A stretch of DNA of 64,000 nucleotides from Gammaproteobacteria bacterium. Its GTDB lineage: Bacteria > Pseudomonadota > Gammaproteobacteria > CBDBBL01. Location of the stretch: assembly GCA_965203125.1 (NCBI GenBank), contig CBDBBL010000013.1, positions 18,383-82,382 on the forward strand, read 5' to 3'. The translations under genes were made by a program, and so were the position numbers. Below the pieces are notes generated by a model. That model did no database searches. It saw only the letters and a list, made by a program, of their open reading frames with translations, and was not told the DNA's origin. This document shows positions 56,142 through 64,000 of the stretch, one piece after another. The stretch's first letter is position 1. Every line of letters starts with the position of its first letter.

Positions 56142-56548
56142 CTCAAGCCTCTGACGATTGATGATAAAGCAACATCTAATTTAGATTGGTTTATCTTGAT
56201 GGCCAGCTTTCCATGCTGACAAAGCACCTCAATCTCACAGGGCTGCTCCGCTTCAGAAGTCTGAGGTAGCGACACAGAAATGAACTCAGATTGTGGTTGC
56301 TCAATGCACTGTTCTGAGTTTTGCTGGCTTAAGCTGCTAGCCTGTGATGCAATATTTTCTAAAAACCAAGTGCCGTTTAGGTTGAGCTTGCTGCAAATCT
56401 CACTTTTTTTATATCGAGTGCATAATGTGGCTGTGAGTTGTTTCAATTTAGACGGCACTTTTTCTGATCGTGCTTGCTTATTTTGCCGCCACTGCTCATA
56501 TAATGCAGCAACTGACTCTAGACTGATATTGTTAACCATATGTGGCAT
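56138..56548 (-). CDS. IS66 TnpA-like HTH protein
   Basis: QWR..K....KVP..L, ICSKLNL, FISV; coupled to tnpB. Confidence 0.7.
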   Translation of the reverse strand: MPHMVNNISLESVAALYEQWRQNKQARSEKVPSKLKQLTATLCTRYKKSEICSKLNLNGTWFLENIASQASSLSQQNSEQCIEQPQSEFISVSLPQTSEAEQPCEIEVLCQHGKLAIKINQSKLDVALSSIVRGLR

Positions 56549-56615
56549 CTAATTTTGATAATCGTGATGTAAATGCTATTGGTTTATTTGTGAGTTGTCA
56601 CACAGGCTTGCCGAG

Positions 56616-57373
56616 AGGACACGATAAATTAGTGTGGCCACGAGCTTTTGAAATGTCTAATCCAGATAATAACCACTGGAGTTTGCACTCGTCTAACTGA
56701 TATGTCTCTCCTTCAAATGCTGGTATTTTAAAACGAGATTTTTCCAGTCTCTTGTAATACAGCACAAACCCATTTCTATCCCAGTATAATATCTTCACTT
56801 TGTCTTTGAGCTTATTGAAAAACAAATATAGACAGCCATCCATCGGTGATTTCTCTAGCTCAACAGAAACCAGTACGCTGAGGCTGTCGATGGATTTTCT
56901 CATGTCTACAGCTTGTGTCGCCATAAAAACTTTGTGATTACTCAGCAGCATGAGCTGGCATACTGATAGTGATTTGATATGGCAAGTGAATCTCAATGCG
57001 ATTACTCTGCTCTGTGGTTATATGGCCAAGCTTGGACTTTGCTTCATCAGATTCACTATCTAACTGCGTTTTCTTGATATCAATAGGTACAAATGATGGC
57101 TCTGTATTCATTTCAGCATAACGGTCATTTGGCCAATAGCTTTTAGATAATCCAGTTTTGATCAATTTGCTTCTCCATTGGGTAAACTGACCGTATGATA
57201 TTGATCGTTTCCAGCAGTATGTTTTTTGATCTTCCCCTGATTGCTCCCAGTCTGCTGAGATTTTTTGTATTTCATCTAATGATTTGACCATTCTCTATTC
57301 CCTCTGTACTTTCATAGGGATTATATTAGCACTGGATTTTGCTCATCATAGATGTACTTCATGGATCGCTTAC
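56616..57373 (-). mobile_element. second IS66 element, left end with tnpA and tnpB, truncated before tnpC
   Basis: GTAAGCGATCC terminus at 57373; TnpA 56938..57291 (W..SG..Q..YC); TnpB from about 56951 (DMRKSIDSL, KILYWDRNGF.LYYKRLE). Confidence 0.85.
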
Positions 57374-57494
57374 TTTCAATCAGTGGCAAACATGGGGTGA
57401 TATTTTACAGCAACATAAAATAAGCCCTCATATAACAACATGATATACAACACAAATAAAACATCAGTTCGCTTCTGCGTACAGAGTGCGAACT

Positions 57495-59036
57495 CTATCT
57501 TTGACCATCTTCAATATCACCTCTAGACAACCTTCCTCCTTGAGCCTGATGTCTTCTTGGATCACCAAATCCACCCTGCCTCATTGCTGACATATCTCTT
57601 GGCATGCCCATTGGTGCTCCAGCAAAGCCAATAGGTAACGCCGCCTGATGTGCGACTCCTGGAACCATTCCATTTTGATAACCTATTCCACCTTGCATCA
57701 TTGCTGGCATGCCTATTGGTGCTCCAGCAAAGCCAATAGGTAACGCCGCCTGATGTGCGACTCCTGAAACTGCTCCATTTGGTTGTAATAGTCTGCTACC
57801 TGTTGGACTATCAGTGCCATTATCACCTCCATGAGATCCTTGACCACCTAAAGATGGCGGCGTAACTGCGACCGCTCTTCCTCCTCCTGTTCTCCTTACT
57901 GTTACACTATCTTCAGGATGTACAACAACATCTTCCTCCATGCGACCTTCGTTACCTTGTATGCATAGTCTTCTATACAAATTACTAGCATCAGGCTGCG
58001 CATGAAAATTCCTAACAAATTCTCTGAAATTCGTTTTCTTATCGCGTCTCCCTCTTAACTCAGATATTTTACTACTTAAGATAGATTTAGCTTTTACAGA
58101 CTTTGTTTTTGACTCTTGAGTGATCAATACATCAGTCCAATTTACATTGAAGTATTTTAAATACTCTTGAAGCAAGTCAGTTCCTATATAATTACCAAAT
58201 GTTCCAATCATTGCAGATAGTATTAGTTGTACTTCTTTCTTACTAATTTGCATATATATAGGGTAATTAGGAATACTAGTTCTCGTATGATTCTCTTGCA
58301 AAAAGTTGCAAAAACAAACAGGAGAGCCTCCTAAATAAAGCTTCAGTTCTTTTGGGATTTTTGAGAATAACTCGTTACCCATAGCTTTCGATATTTTCCC
58401 AGACAACGCGGCTCGGAAATTCGATGACAGCCAATCCAACCCTTCTTTTTGCTCTTCTGTGTATCCTCCTGCTCCTAATGCAAGATTCAAATGCCTTCCA
58501 CAATAATATCCCTTGAATTGCTCTGAGCTACCCCAGATCCCTTCTATGACTTGCTTATTATGAGATGACAACGCGGCTCGGAAATTCGATGACAACTCTA
58601 ATAACTGCTCTTCACTCGGATTATCTCCATATCTTACTCCGTAAAAATAAGGCAATACATTAGAATTGTATTTTTGAATGAACTTTACTACTATCTTGAT
58701 CGATGAGATATTACCTGATAATAATACATCTCTTAAGTTATCCGACACCTTTTCAATATTTAATTGGTGACTATTTCTTCCTTCTCCTATACTCAGCCCG
58801 CAAAAATATTTTTTAAAATCAGGTAAACTATTCAAAATACAGTATTGAATGGCTGGTAGTACTTTTAGATTGTATAATAATTTTAAATTATTAAGTCTCT
58901 CTGGATAGCTTGCACCTGAATAAAAATGTTTTTGCTCTTGTTCATTTGCCTTCTTCCAGATAATAGATGCTAATGATTTCCTGCAAAAGTAGGGTTTTTC
59001 GATTAACCCTTGTAACTGGTTTAATAATGAAGTCAA
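57495..59036 (-). CDS. hypothetical repeat-containing effector-like protein with a Gly/Pro/Gln/Met-rich tail
   Basis: 513-aa ORF; LSSNFRAALS twice and GVAHQAALPIGFAGAPxGMP twice; start codon uncertain. Confidence 0.7.
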   Translation of the reverse strand: MTSLLNQLQGLIEKPYFCRKSLASIIWKKANEQEQKHFYSGASYPERLNNLKLLYNLKVLPAIQYCILNSLPDFKKYFCGLSIGEGRNSHQLNIEKVSDNLRDVLLSGNISSIKIVVKFIQKYNSNVLPYFYGVRYGDNPSEEQLLELSSNFRAALSSHNKQVIEGIWGSSEQFKGYYCGRHLNLALGAGGYTEEQKEGLDWLSSNFRAALSGKISKAMGNELFSKIPKELKLYLGGSPVCFCNFLQENHTRTSIPNYPIYMQISKKEVQLILSAMIGTFGNYIGTDLLQEYLKYFNVNWTDVLITQESKTKSVKAKSILSSKISELRGRRDKKTNFREFVRNFHAQPDASNLYRRLCIQGNEGRMEEDVVVHPEDSVTVRRTGGGRAVAVTPPSLGGQGSHGGDNGTDSPTGSRLLQPNGAVSGVAHQAALPIGFAGAPIGMPAMMQGGIGYQNGMVPGVAHQAALPIGFAGAPMGMPRDMSAMRQGGFGDPRRHQAQGGRLSRGDIEDGQR

Positions 59037-59235
59037 TAAAATAAAAGGGATGTCTGCGAGCTAACAATTAAATATTAAAAATGATCTTTTTGTTCTTTTA
59101 TATATAATCACGTTATTTATACCCAACTCCCCTCCCTCCAAGTGCATAAATGGACACAAATTATAATGGAATTCCACAAAATTTGCCATCATAATAAATG
59201 TAAAAATAAAGTATACTCTATCTTGACACCAACCT

Positions 59236-59433
59236 ACCCCGCTATTTGCGTAAGCGTCATTTCGCCTTCCAACAGTTCTAAAACCACTTTGGTTTTGAAC
59301 TCTGCTGTGTAGCTTTTTGCTATCAAATCTATTGCTTGTTCTATTGCTATTTGTTGTGTCGATTTTACCATTGTAAATTCCTCTTTTTTCCTTTCAGTTT
59401 AATTAGAATTTACACAGTTGTCTGGAAAGAGCC
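59236..59433 (-). pseudogene. chimeric IS remnant: IS256-like left end fused to an IS3 OrfA fragment
   Basis: GGCTCTTTCCAGACAACTGTGTAAA end, MVKSTQQIAIEQAIDLI, then 68 bp identical to 35949-36016. Confidence 0.65.
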
Positions 59434-59437
59434 TTTT

Positions 59438-61315
59438 TTAAGATTGAAGTTGTTCCCAACGTACATAAAGTTGCTCAACTTGATTCTCTAAATCAGCCAA
59501 AATCACTGCATGCTCTTTTGCTTTTTCAGGATGGTTTTGATAAATCGCTGGATCAGCCAGTTGTGATTGCTTTTCTTTCATCTGCTGCTCTAAACGTTCA
59601 ATTTTATTCGGTAATTTATCCAACTCTTGTTGTTCTTTATAACTTAATTTAACCACCTTAACTTTCGTAGTGATTTGAATATCTTCTATTTTATCCGTTG
59701 TTTTAGCTTTTACTGTAGGCGTTTTATTTTGTTTTTGCATACGCTCCCAGTCTTCATAACCACCTAAACAATTACTAATTCCTCCGCCTTCTTCTATCAC
59801 CAATAAGCTGGTAACCACTTGATCTAAAAAATCTCGATCATGACTGACCAATAGTAAAGTACCTTTATATTGCAACAAATAATCTGCTAGTAAATCAAGT
59901 GTTTCGATATCTAAGTCATTAGTCGGTTCATCCATTACCAGTAAATTAGCAGGTTGTAATAATAATTTTGCTAATAATAACCGACTTTTTTCACCCCCTG
60001 ATAAGGCTTTTACTGGTTGACGAATTCTCTCTGGTGTAAATAAAAAATCTTGCAAATAGGATATCACATGCTTCTTTTTACCATTAATTTCAACTTCACT
60101 CGCACCACCTGCTAAATTATCTTGTACAGAGTCTTCAAGGTTCAATGTGTCTTTTAATTGATCAAAATAAGCTACTTCTAAATTAGTGCCGTGCTTTACG
60201 ATACCACTTGTCGGAGCCAATTGTTTGAGTAGTAATTTCAGCAACGTTGTTTTCCCTGAGCCATTTTTTCCCACCAAACCAATGCGATCTCCTCGCAAAA
60301 TAAGCGTATCAAATGGCTGTAGTATTTGCCTATCGCCATAAGAAACACTCCCGCTTTCAACTTCAATCACAACATGACCCGATTTTTTACGCTCTTGTTG
60401 CGAAAATTGTGCCGTCCCCATTTGTTTGCGATATTGCGCTTGCTGTTTTCTCATCGCTTTTAAATCACGCACACGCCCTTCATTACGTGTACGTCGTGCT
60501 TTAATACCCTGCCTAATCCATACCTCTTCTGCAGCTAACTTCTTTTTAAAACGTTGTTGCTCATTTTCTTCAGCAAGTAATAATGCATCTCTTTGTTGCA
60601 AGTAACGTTGATATGATCCAGAAAATAATGTCAATTTTCCTCGATCTAGTTCTAAAATATCTGTTGCTAAACGTTGTAGAAATCGACGATCATGAGTGAT
60701 AAATAAAATGGAACCATTGAACTTTAATAAGCTATCTTCAAGCCACTCAATATTTTCAATATCCAAATGATTGGTTGGCTCATCTAATAGCAGTAAATCA
60801 GGTTTGATTACTAAGCTTTTAGCGAGTAATACCCGTCGTTTTAATCCTCCAGAAAGACTTGAAAACTCATCATCGCCATTCAGTTTTAGTTGACTTAAAA
60901 CTGTTTCAACTTGAGTTTGAACTTGCCATCCATCTTGTTGATCAATTTGACCTTGTAGTTTAGCCAATTGAGCTAGTTGCTCATCACCTTCAATATTCTC
61001 AAGTAGGTTTTGATATTGAATTAATTTCTCAGCAATATTGCCTAGTCCACTGGCAACAATTGAAAACACACTACCCGTAATACTTGCGTCAACCGTTTGT
61101 GATAAATCAGCAATTTTTAAGTGCTGCATTTTTTCTATTTTTCCAGCATCCAGTTGATGTTGTCCTAGAATGACTTTGAATAATGTCGATTTACCAACAC
61201 CATTACGTCCAAGCAATCCAATTCTCTGTCGCTTTTGAATAGTTAAGTTGACTTGATCTAGCAAAGGATGCCCTGCAAATTGTAAAGTCACATCCTGTAG
61301 TTTTAATAATGCCAT
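59438..61315 (-). CDS. uup: ABC-F ATPase Uup
   Basis: EEVWIRQGIKARRTRNEGRVR, two NBDs, C-terminal KLSYKEQQEL..LP. Confidence 0.95.
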   Translation of the reverse strand: MALLKLQDVTLQFAGHPLLDQVNLTIQKRQRIGLLGRNGVGKSTLFKVILGQHQLDAGKIEKMQHLKIADLSQTVDASITGSVFSIVASGLGNIAEKLIQYQNLLENIEGDEQLAQLAKLQGQIDQQDGWQVQTQVETVLSQLKLNGDDEFSSLSGGLKRRVLLAKSLVIKPDLLLLDEPTNHLDIENIEWLEDSLLKFNGSILFITHDRRFLQRLATDILELDRGKLTLFSGSYQRYLQQRDALLLAEENEQQRFKKKLAAEEVWIRQGIKARRTRNEGRVRDLKAMRKQQAQYRKQMGTAQFSQQERKKSGHVVIEVESGSVSYGDRQILQPFDTLILRGDRIGLVGKNGSGKTTLLKLLLKQLAPTSGIVKHGTNLEVAYFDQLKDTLNLEDSVQDNLAGGASEVEINGKKKHVISYLQDFLFTPERIRQPVKALSGGEKSRLLLAKLLLQPANLLVMDEPTNDLDIETLDLLADYLLQYKGTLLLVSHDRDFLDQVVTSLLVIEEGGGISNCLGGYEDWERMQKQNKTPTVKAKTTDKIEDIQITTKVKVVKLSYKEQQELDKLPNKIERLEQQMKEKQSQLADPAIYQNHPEKAKEHAVILADLENQVEQLYVRWEQLQS

Positions 61316-61344
61316 AATATTTGATATTCTTAATCAACTTAGTG

Positions 61345-61368
61345 TCGTCATTCCGCGTGGAATGACGA
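61345..61368. repeat. short REP-like hairpin
   Basis: TCGTCATTCC-GCGT-GGAATGACGA, a perfect 10-bp stem between mnmE and uup. Confidence 0.65.
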
Positions 61369-61397
61369 GTAAGTAGTTATGTTATATTTTTACTTTT

Positions 61398-62750
61398 CTA
61401 TTTTCCAATACAAAAACTAGAAAAAATCTTTCCTAGCAAATCATCATTGGTGAATTCACCAGTTATTTCATTCAAACAATGCTGTACTTGTGTCAAATCA
61501 GCTGCCAATAGTTCTCCAGCTTGATGCTGTGTTAATTGAATCAACCCAGTCATCAAATAAGATTGAGCACGTTTAATTGAATCTAAATGACGCCTTCTCG
61601 CAATAAACCCACTCTGCTCACTTGAGGTGATAAAACCTGCTTTTTCTTTTAAATGCTGTTTAAGTTCATCTAACCCTTGGTGATTTTTAACGCTTAAAAA
61701 TAGAGTTTCTTGATGATTGTTTTTCATTGCTTGATTTGTCATCAGATCAGTTTTATTAATCACCAAAGTACAAGGTTGTGTTAGGGTAATATCTGGAAAT
61801 AAGGTTTCTAAATAAGTCTGTTTGTCACATTGATTTAGACTTTGAGTTCCATCTACTAATAAGAGTATATAATCTGCTTTTTGACAAGCTTCTGTGGCTC
61901 GTTTTACGCCCTCTTGTTCAATCGGATCTGTGGTTTGTCGAATACCTGCCGTATCAATGATATGTAAAGGTAATCCATCTAATTGAATATAAGCATTTAA
62001 ACTATCTCTTGTTGTCCCTGGTATATCAGTCACAATAGCTGAGTTCTCACCAGTCAAAGCATTCAATAAACTTGATTTTCCTGCATTAGGTTGCCCAGCC
62101 AATACAACCGTAAAGCCTTCTTTTAATAAAGTGCCTTGTTGTGTTTTCTTTAATAGCTTATCGACCTTTTTAATGATGTCAGTGAGTTTTGTTTTTACCT
62201 GTCCATCAGCTAAAAAGTCAATTTCTTCTTCAGGAAAGTCTATGGCCGATTCAACATACATGCGTAAATAAATAACATCTTCAAGCAGTTGGTTAATTTG
62301 TGCAGAAAACTCACCTTTTAAAGATTTAAGTGCTGACTGCATTGCTTGTTTTGACCCTGACTCTATTAAATCAGCGATTGCTTCAGCTTGGGTCAAATCA
62401 ATCTTATCATTCAAAAAAGCACGTTGTGAAAACTCACCTGGGTTAGCCAAACGAGCACCTAAGTGAAGCACTTCACTTAACATGGTATCTAAGACGACAG
62501 GACCACCATGCCCTTGTATCTCAAGAACATCTTCACCAGTAAAGGAATTAGGGTTAGGGAAAAATAATGCGACGCCTTCATCTATTAAATTTTCATGGTG
62601 ATCTTTAAATGTCGTGAATATAGCTTGTCGAGGAGGTAAAACCTTGCCTGTCAATCTTTGAGCAATCGTTGCTACCTTACTTCCAGAAACTCTAACAATA
62701 CCAATGCCACCAATACCTGGTGCAGTTGCTATCGCTGCTATCGTATCCAT
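61398..62750 (-). CDS. mnmE: tRNA modification GTPase MnmE
   Basis: DTIAAIATAPG.GGIGIVRVSG, GQPNAGKSS, PGTTRD, DTAGIR, FCIGK. Confidence 0.98.
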   Translation of the reverse strand: MDTIAAIATAPGIGGIGIVRVSGSKVATIAQRLTGKVLPPRQAIFTTFKDHHENLIDEGVALFFPNPNSFTGEDVLEIQGHGGPVVLDTMLSEVLHLGARLANPGEFSQRAFLNDKIDLTQAEAIADLIESGSKQAMQSALKSLKGEFSAQINQLLEDVIYLRMYVESAIDFPEEEIDFLADGQVKTKLTDIIKKVDKLLKKTQQGTLLKEGFTVVLAGQPNAGKSSLLNALTGENSAIVTDIPGTTRDSLNAYIQLDGLPLHIIDTAGIRQTTDPIEQEGVKRATEACQKADYILLLVDGTQSLNQCDKQTYLETLFPDITLTQPCTLVINKTDLMTNQAMKNNHQETLFLSVKNHQGLDELKQHLKEKAGFITSSEQSGFIARRRHLDSIKRAQSYLMTGLIQLTQHQAGELLAADLTQVQHCLNEITGEFTNDDLLGKIFSSFCIGK

Positions 62751-64000
62751 TTATTTATCTGTTTTTTTTTGCTTTGAATTTTTACTTTTTTTAAGCTCAA
62801 ACTGACGCATAATATACCACTGCTGAGTGACAGAAAGTATGTTATTGGTTAGCCAGTAAAGTACAAGTCCTGCTGGAAAGTTTAAAAAGAAAACCGTAAA
62901 GATAACTGGCATTAACATCATCATCTTAGCCTGTGTTGGATCAGGCGGTGATGGTGTCAGTTTTTGCTGTAAAAACATAGTAAAACCCATTAATAATGGC
63001 AATACATAAAATGGATCTTTTGCAGACAAATCATGTATCCAAAACATAAAAGGAGCTTGTCTTAGTTGTACACTTTCTAAAAGAACCCAGTAAAGCGCAA
63101 TAAAAACTGGAATCTGTACAAGCATTGGCAAACAGCCACCAACAGGATTTACTTTCTCTTCCTTATAAAGTTGCATGGTCGCCTGTCCCATTTTCTGACG
63201 ATCATCACCAAAACGTGCTTTTAAAGCTTCTAATCTAGGCTGTAATTCCCGCATTCGTGCCATTGATGCATAGCTTTTTTCTGACAATTTATAAAAAATA
63301 GCTTTGATTAACAACGTGACTAAAACAATAGACCATCCCCAGTTACCTAATAAGTGATGTAACCAATTCATCACTTTAAAAATGATATCAGAAATAAACC
63401 ATAACCATCCATAATCAATAGTTAAATCAAGACCATGTGCTAACTGGTGAAGGTTTTTTGCAATTTCAGGTCCTACATATAATTGAGCACTCGTTTCTGC
63501 TTTTTGATGAGGTTTCACAATCAATTGAGGTGCTAAAAAACCAAGGGTATAACGCCCATCATTCACATGACTATAATAGTGATTATTTTGTTGCTGATTG
63601 GCTACCCAACTACTTAAAAAGTAACGCTGTTGCATTGCAACCCAGCCACCTTTAATCAATGAGTCTAAATTTGATGCTTTCATCGATTTAAACTCAAGTT
63701 TAGTATAGGGTTTATCAGGTGCTGAGTAAGCAGCACCTACGTAGTTATGCATTGCTAATAAACCATGTCCAGACTCTTTGGGCTGTTGTTGTAGCTGGGC
63801 ATAAAAACGCCCTTTCCATAAATGACGTCCTTGATTATTCACAATATACTTAACACCAATAGTATAACTATCAGGTTTGAATATATACTCTTTGGTCACC
63901 ATTAACCCTTGTTTATTCTTCCATGTTAAAGGAACAATCAACTGCTTATCATTATCTTTTAATTGATAATGAAGTTGCTTAGCACGATAAACAACTTGCC
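62751..64000 (-). CDS. yidC: membrane protein insertase YidC (5' part outside window)
   Basis: IDYGWLW, GNWGWSI, NPVGGCLP, WIHDLS..DP, GLVLYW. Confidence 0.97.
   Translation of the reverse strand, partial: QVVYRAKQLHYQLKDNDKQLIVPLTWKNKQGLMVTKEYIFKPDSYTIGVKYIVNNQGRHLWKGRFYAQLQQQPKESGHGLLAMHNYVGAAYSAPDKPYTKLEFKSMKASNLDSLIKGGWVAMQQRYFLSSWVANQQQNNHYYSHVNDGRYTLGFLAPQLIVKPHQKAETSAQLYVGPEIAKNLHQLAHGLDLTIDYGWLWFISDIIFKVMNWLHHLLGNWGWSIVLVTLLIKAIFYKLSEKSYASMARMRELQPRLEALKARFGDDRQKMGQATMQLYKEEKVNPVGGCLPMLVQIPVFIALYWVLLESVQLRQAPFMFWIHDLSAKDPFYVLPLLMGFTMFLQQKLTPSPPDPTQAKMMMLMPVIFTVFFLNFPAGLVLYWLTNNILSVTQQWYIMRQFELKKSKNSKQKKTDK

Noticed and set aside
55779-56996. IS66 TnpB proteins as RNA-guided TnpB nucleases
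   Set aside because: Name overlap only; these are ~120-aa IS66 accessory proteins without RuvC motifs.
51515-59437. Replication origin within the second island
   Set aside because: No cluster of TTATCCACA boxes seen by eye, and sampled lines to the right do not show a clear skew reversal.

Overview
Chromosomal window from an AT-rich gammaproteobacterium. Tandem Pht-like MFS transporters, a LepB-like kinase, a Sel1-repeat protein and an Rpn suggest a Legionellales/Coxiella-like host-associated organism (inference). Positions 1-35.8 kb, 42.8-51.5 kb and 59.4-64 kb are housekeeping: gshB-gshA, hemH-rsmG-parA-parB, gap-pgk-pyk, glyQS, rsmB, tag, metK, a ubi cluster, def-fmt, lpxL-polA, yqgEF, pckA, apaH, 3xMFS-deoB-dsbB, two ABC-F genes, mnmE and yidC. 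Two low-GC accessory islands (35.8-42.8 kb and 51.6-59.4 kb) hold IS6/IS3/IS66/IS256 debris, two inverted copies of a 365-bp res-site-bearing miniature element, and effector-like orphans. The most notable unannotated structure is a family of seven ERIC-like palindromic elements, mostly 163-164 bp. Their arms differ between copies but stay self-complementary within each full-length copy, and they sit on or next to stop and start codons. Five genes are broken by apparent single-base insertions, most likely sequencing error. No rRNA, tRNA or CRISPR array was seen.
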